A stretch of DNA of 64,000 nt from Candidatus Bathyarchaeia archaeon (lineage in GTDB: Archaea > Thermoproteota > Bathyarchaeia > Bathyarchaeales > Bathycorpusculaceae). A model generated the notes under the pieces. It was given only the letters and a program-made list of their open reading frames with translations, was not told the DNA's origin and did not search any database. The DNA is taken from NCBI GenBank assembly GCA_050012255.1, contig JBEKHN010000013.1:1-64000 (forward strand), written 5' to 3'. The position numbers and the translations under genes were made by a program. Numbering within the stretch: the stretch's first letter is position 1; each line of letters opens with the position of its first letter. This document shows positions 50,399 through 60,729 of the stretch, in pieces.

Positions 50399-51158
50399 GT
50401 TTTTCCCTCAATAACTAATCTTGCTACCGCATTCTGCTGCATACGAATATAAAGCTTTTCACATTGATGATTCTTCCAAGTTTTTTCTTCGAGAACTCCG
50501 CACGCCTATGCCACGCGACGATCCCGTGACGCTAGTCTACGCGGTCGCTTCCGCATGAACACAAACTCGACTGCGACTTACAAACGGTTGGTCATTTGAA
50601 ATGGATACTCCCCCATGTCAGACTCACCAAGAACATGGAGGAAGATAAGAAACTAACCGAAGTTGGCCCTGGGTACCTTTCCGAAAGGACCAGCCAAAAG
50701 ACCCAATAAACGGAAACAGACTGGGGGTTTCCATAAGAGGCCGGCGTTTGGTTGTAACTTCACCTGAAGTGGAGACGTCTCCCGATAAGCCGAACAACGT
50801 TGATATAACATCAGTGTCCAAAATTTATGAGAGTGAAAAAGAAGCGCGCGCTTGATGGACGCAGGGATTAATGCGGCGCTTGTATCCTGCTGCTTTACCA
50901 GTGACTACAAAGGTCTAGTGGAAGTGCCACGACGTAGAAAAATTACCGCCAGCGTATCTAATCATAAGCATATTATTAGTCGGAGGCATAATCTGTTCCA
51001 CGTTCTTGACTAGCGAAACCTATGCTCAAGGAAACGAGATAATAATCGTTGGCGCCGATTACAACTCGACAAGCACTATTGAAACACCAGACATCAACAT
51101 CACTATCCCTGCGAGAATATTTATTGAATATGCTGATTATGCTTCTGTCGACGCGCGC

Positions 51159-51303
51159 CCAACCAGGACGTGGAACCTGCACCGTCAAAGCCGTGACCAC
51201 CCTGGAAGAGGCAGAAAAGCTTATCGCTTTAGGCTACGAATTCCATTGTCACGCACAGGACGGAGCTAACCTGTTCCGGAAGAAGGTAATGGGACTTGAC
51301 TGA
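51159..51303 (+). pseudogene. Integrase C-terminal tail fragment
   Basis: TVKAVTTLEEAEKLIALGYEF...LFRKK matches the tail pattern of the island integrase; begins at CGCGCGC 51152-51158. Confidence 0.6.
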
Positions 51304-52261
51304 CTTAAGCAAGCACATTGTGGGCTACGACGAGAAGACTCAGTGCTGGAAGCTGGATTTCGGTACGCATTCCATAGAGATTCAGGACACCTTCGCCGAA
51401 ATGTTTCCGATGTGGGTTGGAAGAGTCTTGATAACAGGCGATACTGAGAAGTGGGCTTTAGCGGCGGCCACGAGCGCAACCGGCCTGGCGACGAGTGTCA
51501 TTATGTCGCCAGCAGAGGCAGGGATAGAAGGAACGGTTTCTTCAGACAAGACTCCCGACAATCGAGCGGGTGTCTTGATGCAGGTGTACCACAACAACAG
51601 GTTTCAGCTGAAAGCGCAGATGATACTGCGTATAGGTCAGTGCGTTATGACGTGTCCGACAGTCTCTGCTTTCAACGCATTGCCAAACGCTAAGAGAAGG
51701 CTGAAGGTTGGTCGGAGCCTAAGGCTGTTCGGCGATGGTTTCCAAAGAAAGGGTATGGTTGGAGAAAGGAAGGTCTGGAGAATTCCGGTGATGGAAGGGG
51801 ACTTCATCGTTGAAGACAAGTTTGGAGTTGCACAGGCTGCGGCGGGCGGCAACTTTCTGATAATGTCAAGAGACAAGTCCTCAGGACTTCAGGCTGCGGA
51901 AGAAGCCGTAAAAGCAATCAAGGCCAGGCCAAACGAGGTGATCTTGCCTTTTCCTGGCGGAATCTGCCGCTCAGGTTCCAAAGCCGGCTCGCTCAAGTAC
52001 AAGCTTAAGGCATCGACAAACCATCCCTTCTGTCCAAGATTGAGGACACTTATCGCCGATTCACAGGTGCCTGAAGACGTGAATTGCGTCTACGAGATCG
52101 TCATTAATGGTTTAACGTTGGAAGCTGTCAAGAAGGCCATGGGAGACGGCGTTAAGGCCGCTGCGAGCGTGCCGGGCGTCGTGAAGATCTCAGCGGGCAA
52201 CTACGGAGGCAAGCTTGGTCCGTACAAGGCATTCCTGAAAGAAGTTTTAGAAGTGGCCTGA
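51296..52261 (+). CDS. ftr: Formylmethanofuran--H4MPT N-formyltransferase
   Basis: DTFAE, EAGIE, RIGQC.MTCPT, PFPGGICRSGSK, AGNYGGKLG. Confidence 0.95.
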   Translation: MTDLSKHIVGYDEKTQCWKLDFGTHSIEIQDTFAEMFPMWVGRVLITGDTEKWALAAATSATGLATSVIMSPAEAGIEGTVSSDKTPDNRAGVLMQVYHNNRFQLKAQMILRIGQCVMTCPTVSAFNALPNAKRRLKVGRSLRLFGDGFQRKGMVGERKVWRIPVMEGDFIVEDKFGVAQAAAGGNFLIMSRDKSSGLQAAEEAVKAIKARPNEVILPFPGGICRSGSKAGSLKYKLKASTNHPFCPRLRTLIADSQVPEDVNCVYEIVINGLTLEAVKKAMGDGVKAAASVPGVVKISAGNYGGKLGPYKAFLKEVLEVA

Positions 52262-52332
52262 AGCCTGCTCCCAAAATCTTATCTGATGCATTGTAATGTA
52301 GGTTTAAGACAAAAAACCATTTGTGAGAACAG

Positions 52333-53598
52333 TTGAGTACCTCCAAGAAGACTTCTCTGGAACTGTTCAGGCTGAAAAGGACACTGATGACGCTGGCCAG
52401 CAAGGAGGGGCGGGGAACCGAGCTTGTTTCACTCTACGTCCCGCCTGGAAAGCAGATAAGCGATGTCATAAACACCCTCAGAGACGAGTACGGAACTGCA
52501 TCGAACATAAAGTCCACGACCACGCGCAAGAACGTTATGGACGCCATCGTGAAGGTTCAACAACGCCTCAAGCTTTTCAAAGAACCACCCGAAAACGGAC
52601 TCGTGATATTCTGCGGAGCAATCCCACAGAACGGCGCGGGCAGCGAGCGAATAGAGACTTACGTGATCGTACCTCCAGAGCCGATACACGTGTACCTTTA
52701 CAGGTGCGACGCAAGATTCCATACTGAATACCTGCAGGAAATGCTGAGAGAAAAGGAAACGTACGGCATCCTCCTCATAGATTCCTCGGGCGCCACGCTT
52801 GCCACGCTGCAGGGCAGAAGACTTGAAATTATCAGGGAATTGACGTCCGGTGTACCGGGAAAAACTCGAGCCGGAGGACAGTCAGCCAGAAGATACGAAA
52901 GACTGCGAGAGATGAGGCTTCAAGAGTATTTTACGCGGGTAGGCGAACACGCTAACGAGACGTTTCTGCCCATTGAAAACTTGAAAGGACTGATAATAGG
53001 GGGCCCTGGACCCACGAAATACGACTTCGAAAAGGGAGAATACCTGAACTATATGCTGAAAAACAAGGTCATAGACACAATCGACACTGCTTATGTTGAG
53101 GAGCAGGGAGTAAAAGAAGTTGTTGAAAAAGCTCCTCAAGTAATGCGTAAGGTCCGTTACATCGAGGAGAGGAAGGTTGTCCAACAGTTCCTCTACGAGG
53201 TCGGCCACGACACTGGAAAGATAACGTACGGAGAAGAAGATGTCAGAAGGGCGCTGGAAACCGGTGCTGTTCACACTTTGCTGTTGTCAGAGGGACTGGA
53301 CATGACAAGGGTCACATTGAAATGCAATGCGTGTAGCTACCAGGAGCAGCACACGGTAAAGAACAAGGCTTTTGCAGAGTTTGAACAAAGCCTCATCGGC
53401 AAACCCTGCCCAAAATGCAAAGCTCCTGCCCTGAACATAGTTGACAGACAAGACCTCATAGACGATTTTGCCAAGCTTGCAGAATACACGAACGCGACGG
53501 TGGAGATAATATCCACAGAAACAGAAGAAGGCCAAATGCTCAAAAACTCTTTCGGCGGAGTAGCCGCAATACTTCGATTCAAGCTTCACGAACAATGA
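52333..53598 (+). CDS. prf1: Peptide chain release factor aRF1
   Basis: ASNIKS, YRCD, GGQS. Confidence 0.97.
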   Translation: MSTSKKTSLELFRLKRTLMTLASKEGRGTELVSLYVPPGKQISDVINTLRDEYGTASNIKSTTTRKNVMDAIVKVQQRLKLFKEPPENGLVIFCGAIPQNGAGSERIETYVIVPPEPIHVYLYRCDARFHTEYLQEMLREKETYGILLIDSSGATLATLQGRRLEIIRELTSGVPGKTRAGGQSARRYERLREMRLQEYFTRVGEHANETFLPIENLKGLIIGGPGPTKYDFEKGEYLNYMLKNKVIDTIDTAYVEEQGVKEVVEKAPQVMRKVRYIEERKVVQQFLYEVGHDTGKITYGEEDVRRALETGAVHTLLLSEGLDMTRVTLKCNACSYQEQHTVKNKAFAEFEQSLIGKPCPKCKAPALNIVDRQDLIDDFAKLAEYTNATVEIISTETEEGQMLKNSFGGVAAILRFKLHEQ

Positions 53599-53651
53599 GA
53601 CCAAAGAGCGCATTCATCTACAGTCTCGATCCGACGAGCCCAAAAAAATAA

Positions 53652-54815
53652 GTGTTGAACAAAGTCTACAATCTGCGGGGGCGTGCATTGAAACATCCGT
53701 CACTGTATCTGGACTGGTACATCCACGTGCCCAACGTTAAACACGATTTCCGCTCAAGCGGGATAGCATACTTCAAGCATACTCTGAACCTAGGCGAAGT
53801 TGATTTAAGCGTCAACTATACACACGGCAACCCTGAAGCCGTCAACCAGATAGCTCACTTGTACAGCGTAAGACCCGAAAACGTGTTCATCTCAGGCGAA
53901 GGAGCCTCAGGCCAGAACGCACGAATGATCAGATACTTTGCAGAAAGGAACTCTGAGAAGAGAGAGGCAATAGTGGAATACCCAACGTATGAACCTCTGC
54001 TGAGGACGGTTCAAGAACACTTCTCTCGCGTGAAAAGACTGGACAGGCAGGAAAAAGACGTGTACGCACTTGACGCGGATAGGCTTCGCAAAATCGTCTC
54101 GGCGAAAACGGGATTGCTCGTCTTGACAAATCCTCACGCTCCAAGCGGAGCAGTGTCCGGCTTGAGTGAGCTCAGAGAAGTGATGAACGTGGCTCTAGAA
54201 TACGGTTTTCACGTGTTGTGCGATGAGATCTACGGCGAATTTGACCGAAAGGCTGTCCCCACACTCTTCTCGGTTGACCCAAAGCTTGGTGTAGTGACGA
54301 CGAGTTTCACGAAAGCATACGGGCTTGGAGGCCTCAAGCTTGGGGTGGCATTAGCCGAAAAACAGCTGGTTGACGAACTCTACACGGACGTGTTGAACAC
54401 TGTAGGAAATGCCCCGAACATCGTGCAGCTCATTGGTGCAGAACTTCTAGCCAGAGGGAAAGAAAGGCTTCAGAGACACAAACAAGAATGGGGTCAGTTA
54501 AAGGAAGAAACTGAAAGGTGGTTTGGAGAAATGGGCCTGGAGTATTTTCCAAACAGGGTCGGCGTGACTTACTGGGTAAAAATGCCAATCAAGGACACGT
54601 ACAAGTGGGTTACTGAACAGACAGTACCGAAATACAGCTTGGCCCCCGTGCCCGGCGCGTTCTTTCTCTTCAGAAGCGGCTACAGACTTGTAAGGTCAAA
54701 CATGGTGAGGTTGGGCCTCGGAGGCATAAACCCGAAAGACAAGAACCTGACTGAGGCGCTTGAGGCGCTGGAAAAAGCATTAAAAGAATACAAATCTGAC
54801 ACCACGGACAGATAG
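53652..54815 (+). CDS. PLP-dependent aminotransferase class I/II
   Basis: TNPHAPSG, DEIY, SFTKAYGLGG. Confidence 0.9.
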   Translation: MLNKVYNLRGRALKHPSLYLDWYIHVPNVKHDFRSSGIAYFKHTLNLGEVDLSVNYTHGNPEAVNQIAHLYSVRPENVFISGEGASGQNARMIRYFAERNSEKREAIVEYPTYEPLLRTVQEHFSRVKRLDRQEKDVYALDADRLRKIVSAKTGLLVLTNPHAPSGAVSGLSELREVMNVALEYGFHVLCDEIYGEFDRKAVPTLFSVDPKLGVVTTSFTKAYGLGGLKLGVALAEKQLVDELYTDVLNTVGNAPNIVQLIGAELLARGKERLQRHKQEWGQLKEETERWFGEMGLEYFPNRVGVTYWVKMPIKDTYKWVTEQTVPKYSLAPVPGAFFLFRSGYRLVRSNMVRLGLGGINPKDKNLTEALEALEKALKEYKSDTTDR

Positions 54816-54942
54816 CAATACCGTTCGGACTGGTCAGATTCTGCGCGTTTGCGACCTTCCGATCTTTGTACTTTCGCAGGTTTCACCGTCTAAGTGTCGG
54901 AAAGTCTATTAAAGTAGGACATAGTAGGTTTCATGATACAAA

Positions 54943-55632
54943 TTGGCAGACAAAGATACGAGAGGCATCCGTTGCCCGTTCTGCGGCGCGCCATACAAAA
55001 AGCTCATTCCGACCGACGCCCTGCAGCTCAAATGCGACTATTGCGGAGCAACTTTCAGAACGCCTCCTCGCATCGGGGTTGAAATCCCAGAATGCGCCAA
55101 TCATCCTGAAAGGTACGCAGTGGGCGTTTGTAACGATTGCGGACAAAACTTCTGCAGAGAATGTCTGCACACTTACAATCTGAAGACGCAGAGTGACAGG
55201 GCCGTGTTGTACTTGTGCCCGGACTGTTTCAGGAAGAGGTATCTCGATAGAGCTAACGGTCACGTCCTTTCAGGCATGCTAATAATCGCGATGGGAACGT
55301 TCTTCACATTTCTCGCGCTGCCGTTCGTATTCGTCGTCGTAATAGGGTTAATCCAGGTTTTCTACGGTGTTTCACAGAGAAGTGAAGCATCACAGGAACT
55401 CGGAACTATTCAGCAAGGGGCCAAGACGAAGCAGATAGCAGAGCCTCCAGGCACAGAAGAGGCTGATGCTGAAACACTCTATAATGAACTATTTGATAAG
55501 TACACGGAGCGTTGGGGAGTCCGAACTGGAACAGAACTCCTTGACAATGAAATAAGGGCTTACACGTGGGCTGGAGTGAGCTTTGGGGAAGCCGTGAACA
55601 AGGTCTATGAGCGCCAGCAAAAGAAGCCTTAG
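54943..55632 (+). CDS. Multi-zinc-finger membrane protein
   Basis: CPFC, CDYC, B-box-like CxxH..CxxC..CxxC, two TM helices. Confidence 0.75.
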   Translation: MADKDTRGIRCPFCGAPYKKLIPTDALQLKCDYCGATFRTPPRIGVEIPECANHPERYAVGVCNDCGQNFCRECLHTYNLKTQSDRAVLYLCPDCFRKRYLDRANGHVLSGMLIIAMGTFFTFLALPFVFVVVIGLIQVFYGVSQRSEASQELGTIQQGAKTKQIAEPPGTEEADAETLYNELFDKYTERWGVRTGTELLDNEIRAYTWAGVSFGEAVNKVYERQQKKP

Positions 55633-55721
55633 CAGCATTCTCAAAAAACCATGCTTAAAGGGAAAGCAGCATCCACTGACATGTTGCAGTTGGAAGATTG
55701 TTCCATAAATGATTTAGACTT

Positions 55722-55988
55722 GTGGCGCCTAACACAGAATTGGAGGAGCGCAAATTGCAGACGAGTAGGTTCTTCACTGTCGACTTGACGAAGATCAAGG
55801 GAAAAGGCGATTTCAGCTGTCCGAGATGCGGAACGAAGATTTCTCCCGATGACAGAAGCGAGAAGACCTACAAGATCTTAGAAACTCACATGAGAGGAGA
55901 CGAGTTGGACAGCATAATGCTACAATGTAACAAGTGTGAGAGCCAGATACACCTGACTGGATTCCACGCGTTGAGTATGACAACGTGA
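55722..55988 (+). CDS. Small zinc-ribbon protein
   Basis: GDFSCPRCG..ISPDD..CNKC. Confidence 0.75.
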   Translation: MAPNTELEERKLQTSRFFTVDLTKIKGKGDFSCPRCGTKISPDDRSEKTYKILETHMRGDELDSIMLQCNKCESQIHLTGFHALSMTT

Positions 55989-56001
55989 CAGTCGTGTCGG
56001 C

Positions 56002-56522
56002 TCAAGGCTGGTTTCCGATACTTCCCAAGAGAGTGGCTAGGCTCTTCAAGGTCAAAGGGCGATAGTGAACCTCATCATCCAGACTGATCAGGAACCCATC
56101 CATGTCAGATATTTCCAAGAAGGGGTATTCTCTGAGTTTTTTCTTGTGATTTGCGTAATCAGAATAGTCTCTGCAGTACGCAGCGATAACCCCGTCGTCT
56201 CCTAAGTCTATCCCCCTCTCAAGCATGACTACTCCAAAACTGCTCTTTGCTAGGTCGAGCTGCGCCCTTTTCCTCGCCTTTTCCACTTCTTCAGGAGCGA
56301 GAGTTCTCCTGAGTTTGACGAAGGTTAAGCCTAGCAAGTGATAACCGATCTCTCGGAAATCGTGAATTATGGTGTATTCTTTGATGACACCTTCTTTTTC
56401 AGTCTTGACCTGAGCCTGGTCACCGTTGGCTGAGAGACTCCGAGCACCTTTGATAGCTCTCTGTCGCTTCTGCGACTGTTCTTCATAAGCTCGGAAACAA
56501 GCTTCAACTCGATTTCTTTCAT
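56002..56522 (-). pseudogene. Lrp/AsnC regulator, frameshifted
   Basis: MKEIELKLVSELMKNSRRSDRELSKVLGVSQPTVTRLRSRL from 56522 shifts frame near 56400 into EKEGVIKEYTII. Confidence 0.85.
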
Positions 56523-56775
56523 GTTTGCTTCCCATGTTACTTAGCCTCGAATGAGCGAATAACACTTTTGGGGAAACTCCACTGCGCGCGCTATAACTTG
56601 CGCAATGCTGCGGCCCTCATCAATTTTGACCTTGGAACAAGAGATTCACCGCTCGACGCCCAAATAATGGTTGAATGATGCTTCATTAGTAGAGAGCCTC
56701 GAGAATAGCAAGAGGCTCGAAGAGCTCGCTACTTTTATTTGGGTCGAGCCATTTACCAATAACATGTGATCTGCA

Positions 56776-57261
56776 ATGAGCAAGAACAACGAGCGATACG
56801 GAATATGTGGTGTTTACTGCGGTCAGTGTCCAAATGGCATTGGAAGAGTCAGGATGATGGCGGGGGAGTTGAAGAGGCTTGTTGACACGACTCGCTACGA
56901 TTGGATTAAGGATGTAGTGAAGTCATTCAGCTTTGACGAGTTCAGGAAGGGTCTAGAGTGGTTCTCTGATTCGCAGTGTCCCATGTGTCTGAATGGTGGA
57001 GGCGCGCCGTGCGAAAACAGAAAGTGCGCTCCCAAGAATGGCCTTCAAAGCTGCCTCCTATGTGGGGACTATCTAACGTGCAAGAACACCGAGTATCAGA
57101 GAGACGTGTACCCTTTCGTCGTCGAGAGTTACAGTCGCGTCAAACAAGTGGGCTTCGGGAAGCATCTGGAAGAGGAAGACGAAAGGGCACGAGCAGGCGT
57201 GGACCTGATGGGTCATCTGGAGCGAAGATGCTGCAAGGTAGTCAAACTAGAGGACAGGTAA
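56776..57261 (+). CDS. Cys-rich DUF3795-like protein
   Basis: CGVYCGQC, CPMC, C...CA......C..C...C. Confidence 0.8.
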   Translation: MSKNNERYGICGVYCGQCPNGIGRVRMMAGELKRLVDTTRYDWIKDVVKSFSFDEFRKGLEWFSDSQCPMCLNGGGAPCENRKCAPKNGLQSCLLCGDYLTCKNTEYQRDVYPFVVESYSRVKQVGFGKHLEEEDERARAGVDLMGHLERRCCKVVKLEDR

Positions 57262-57409
57262 CACGCACGAAAAACTCCCCGCTTGGATTTTTCTGATATT
57301 GCGTCGATGTTCGATTTCTCCAGGTCTCAACTTGTTTTGGGTTCAAAAGTTTAATACTCTGATTCTGACGGATCACTCATCGGTGAAATAACCTAGGCGG
57401 TCTGTTGAA

Positions 57410-58228
57410 TTGAGTTTGAAGAAGAGGATTAAGTCAAGTTTCGTGCCACTGTCCGACCTCATCTCCCTCAGGAAAAGGAAAGGGCTGATCACTGGTGCGG
57501 GAGCAGGCATCGGTAGGGCCATCGCCTACAGGTTTGCTGAAGCAGGTGCAGACCTGGAGCTTGTTGATATTAACGAAGAAAGCCTCAACGCGGTGAAACG
57601 AGAGCTCGATCAGTTCAACGTTGAGGTCAATGTTCACAAGGTCAATCTCGCTGAGAAAGAAGAGATAGATGCTTTGTGGAAGAGGCTAGATGGAAGAGAG
57701 CCCGACATTTTGGTGAATAACGCTGGCATATATCCTAGCAAGCCCTTCCTCGAAGTGGACGAAGCTTTCCTCAAGAAAGTCATGGAAATCAACCTGAACT
57801 CTGTTTTCTGGCTGTGCCAGCACATGATAAGGGCCAGGTTAAGGAAGGGCGGAGTGATCATAAACATGGGTTCAATCGAAGCTATTATGCCTCTGAAACA
57901 AGACTTGTGCCATTATGACATCAGCAAAGCAGGGATCATGGTTCTTTCAAGAGCTCTGGCCAGCGAGTACGGCAGACACGGTTTCAGGATAAACGTGCTC
58001 GTTCCGGGCGGAACATGGACGCAGGGAACCAAGAGCCTGGCGAAGGAAGCCGTGAAATTCAAGTTTAACGTCATCAAATCAGGCTTAGAGTATAACATGA
58101 GGACCCCCCTGGGCAGGTTGGCCAAGCCGGACGAGATCGCACGCATGGCACTAGTTCTCGCATGCGACTTGTCAAGTTACGTGAACGGAACACTGGTAGC
58201 CGTTGACGGAGGCTTTCTCTCAGCATAG
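57410..58228 (+). CDS. SDR family oxidoreductase
   Basis: TGAGAGIG, NNAG, YDISK, VDGG. Confidence 0.93.
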   Translation: MSLKKRIKSSFVPLSDLISLRKRKGLITGAGAGIGRAIAYRFAEAGADLELVDINEESLNAVKRELDQFNVEVNVHKVNLAEKEEIDALWKRLDGREPDILVNNAGIYPSKPFLEVDEAFLKKVMEINLNSVFWLCQHMIRARLRKGGVIINMGSIEAIMPLKQDLCHYDISKAGIMVLSRALASEYGRHGFRINVLVPGGTWTQGTKSLAKEAVKFKFNVIKSGLEYNMRTPLGRLAKPDEIARMALVLACDLSSYVNGTLVAVDGGFLSA

Positions 58229-58294
58229 CACCCTAGACTAGCGCAGTGGGGCTGCACGTCTCCATACCTAGTAGGGTTCAAGTTCGCTTCTTCC

Positions 58295-58494
58295 GCGCGC
58301 TAGTGCGTTCCCAAATTCTGCTGAAAAGCAGCTTGCGCTACTCATTTGCTCTTCAATTATATTTGGGTCATATAGCACACCCGAGGGGGAGGGTGTGAGC
58401 AAGCAAGCACCGAGCCGAACCGTGACAGTGATCATTGATCACCAGAAAACGTCACGTCTGCCTCTTGAACGGAATTGAGGAACACGCATACGGC
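58295..58494. mobile_element. MITE-like element type C, copy 2 (decayed right end)
   Basis: Colinear with 11285-11488, e.g. CATATAGCA.ACCCGAGGGGGAGGGTGTGAGCA. Confidence 0.75.
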
Positions 58495-58578
58495 TGCTTA
58501 ATTCTCAACCTTGCGCGAGAAGCAAGCTTTAAGAACTTGAAATAGCTGGTTTGCTAAGTTGTGTGGAGCTCTGTCCGA

Positions 58579-59043
58579 ATGAAAGTCTTGATCGTCTATG
58601 ATACAGTTTCGCCTGTGAAGGTGACGGCGAAGGTCGCTGAAACCATTCGTGAAGTCCTCAAGGAAAAAGGAATCGAGGTAGACTCCTTCTACGTCAAGGA
58701 TGTTGACAGCGCAGCGATCAAGGATTATGATTGTCTGATTGCTGGTGCACCCACAATGGCTTTCAGAGCTTCAAGCGGAATAATGCAGCTCCTCAACGGT
58801 TTCTCAGACATGGAGTTTTCTGGCAAGCTGGGAGCTGCCTTTGATACGCAACTGCAATCAAGGTTGAGTGGAAACGCAGCTGAAGGCATACAAAAGAAAC
58901 TCGAGAAACTGGGTTATAGGATGATCGCGCCTCCATTGGTGGCCTATGTTGCAGGCAAGACGAATAGTATGCAATTGAAAGAAGGAGAACTGGAGAAAGC
59001 GAAGAATTGGACGCTAGAAGTCGCCAAAGCGCTTTCCAAATAG
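58579..59043 (+). CDS. Flavodoxin-like protein
   Basis: MKVLIVYDT...TAKVAE, GAPT, AAFDT. Confidence 0.85.
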   Translation: MKVLIVYDTVSPVKVTAKVAETIREVLKEKGIEVDSFYVKDVDSAAIKDYDCLIAGAPTMAFRASSGIMQLLNGFSDMEFSGKLGAAFDTQLQSRLSGNAAEGIQKKLEKLGYRMIAPPLVAYVAGKTNSMQLKEGELEKAKNWTLEVAKALSK

Positions 59044-59165
59044 AGCTTAAGTCCTTCCTGTAAGTCTTTGTCTGCTATTGGCATGGTCTGGGCGGTTATG
59101 TGGCGCAAGGCCTTTTGTTGCCCTGCTGAACAGCATTGTCTAGCATGTTTAAGTTGGTGTGAAGG

Positions 59166-59963
59166 TTGGGCGAAGTTGGGACTTTTCAAGTGGTGACGAG
59201 GAATCGTGGTTGGGGAACTGAGATGCTTAACAGCGCGGCTGTGAAGAATCGTGTCTATGGGTTGATTGGGTTTGATGTGACTAAAGCCCGAGAGTACATT
59301 CGCAGTTACAAGGAGAATACGGGTGAGACGTTGTCTTTCACAGGGTGGATAATCAAGTGCATAGGGCAGGCTGTTAGTGAGGACAAACAAGTGCAAGCCT
59401 ACAGAAGGGGAAGAAATAGGTTCGTGATTTTCGATGATGTTGATGTTAGCATTGCTGTTGAGCGGGAGATTCTTGGGGAAAAGATTCCCGTGCCTTACGT
59501 CGTGAGGAAGGCGAACGAAAAGAGCTTCAGGCAGATTCACGATGAGATTCGAGCTGCCCAAGCACAGAAAGAAATGACTGGACCGGTACTTGGGAGCGAG
59601 AGAACACCACAAATTATGAATGTCTTCCGATTTTTGCCCAGCGTCCTCAGAAGAATAGGTTGGTGGAAGTTTAAGAGGGATCCGTTTCTGAAGAAACGAA
59701 TCATGGGGACAGTCGACGTAACAGCTGTAGGCATGTTCGGAAACATCGAAGGATGGCCCATCACCATAGGGTTCCATTCTCTGGAATTTGCTCTAGGAGG
59801 CATATCGAAGAAGCCGAAAGAGGTTGATGGTGGAACCGAACTCCGCGAATATCTCAGCGTGACCGTGATGTTTGATGAAGATGTTACCTACGGGGCTCCC
59901 GCAGCTCGATTCACTGCACGGCTCGCCGAAGTGATACAAGACGGTTACGGACTCCTCGAGTAA
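59166..59963 (+). CDS. Stand-alone 2-oxoacid dehydrogenase E2 catalytic-domain homologue
   Basis: FDVT.AR, GT..VTAVGMFG, FDEDVTYGAPAARF. Confidence 0.8.
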   Translation: MGEVGTFQVVTRNRGWGTEMLNSAAVKNRVYGLIGFDVTKAREYIRSYKENTGETLSFTGWIIKCIGQAVSEDKQVQAYRRGRNRFVIFDDVDVSIAVEREILGEKIPVPYVVRKANEKSFRQIHDEIRAAQAQKEMTGPVLGSERTPQIMNVFRFLPSVLRRIGWWKFKRDPFLKKRIMGTVDVTAVGMFGNIEGWPITIGFHSLEFALGGISKKPKEVDGGTELREYLSVTVMFDEDVTYGAPAARFTARLAEVIQDGYGLLE

Positions 59964-60039
59964 CAGATCAAATTAGCTTCACACTGCGAAGAAATGAGGT
60001 TTTCATCCTCCTATACCCTATTTGGTTCAGGTCCTATGA

Positions 60040-60114
60040 TGGGGCTGCCCGGATTTGAACCGGGGTCTAGAGAGCCCAAGTCTCCAAGCCTAGACCAAGC
60101 TAGCCGACAGCCCC
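60040..60114 (-). tRNA. tRNA-Pro(TGG)
   Basis: GGGGCTG/CAGCCCC acceptor, GGAGA-CTTGGGC-TCTCT, GGTTCAAATCC; CCA not encoded. Confidence 0.93.
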
Positions 60115-60263
60115 TTTTTTCTTGGCGTTAGAGCCATTGTTGATGGTGCAGTTTAAGGCTTTTGTTCAGGCAGTGCTTAACGTCAAAAGATTCATAGCTT
60201 CGACGTCCATTTTGTTAGGCTTACGAGATTTTCCTTTCGCACGATGCATTCAGACTTACTAGG

Positions 60264-60614
60264 CTAGAAAAAGGACTGTCGTTGTTTTTTGAGGCTGCAT
60301 TGGAGTATTTTTGGGCAGATTAGGCACTCGTCGGGGACGGGTATGTCCTTCGATACGGCGTTCACGAAACCTGAATAGTGGGCGCACTTCGCCGGTGAGT
60401 CGAAGACCTTTCCGTATTCAATTGCTCTGATGTCCACGACCTTCAGGTTCTCGATTTGCATGTCTATCTTGGACATGCAGTACGGGCAGGCGTAGAAAGT
60501 TTTTCTCGGAAGCGTGGAGGGGTCTGTGAGGATCGTTGGCCTCTCGAAGGACTTACCGCATCCCTTGTATGGACATTTCAGTTTTGTGGCATGGTGGAGA
60601 TGTAGTGGTGACAT
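60264..60614 (-). CDS. Zinc-finger hypothetical protein
   Basis: CPYKGC, YACPYC, CAHY.G...PDECLIC.....C; start set at MSPLHL. Confidence 0.75.
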   Translation of the reverse strand: MSPLHLHHATKLKCPYKGCGKSFERPTILTDPSTLPRKTFYACPYCMSKIDMQIENLKVVDIRAIEYGKVFDSPAKCAHYSGFVNAVSKDIPVPDECLICPKILQCSLKKQRQSFF

Positions 60615-60729
60615 CGCATATCCTTCTTTGGAGTGCCCGTTAATATCGTTAATATTAATATTTAATAAAGATTGCTGTTTAGGCGTGCAACAAAAATACA
60701 CAAACTCAACTTTGCCATCTCCTTCGAAG

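Noticed and set aside
58272-58292. GGGTTCAAG T-loop-like sequence (similar at ~35676)
   Set aside because: No pairing T-stem or cloverleaf.
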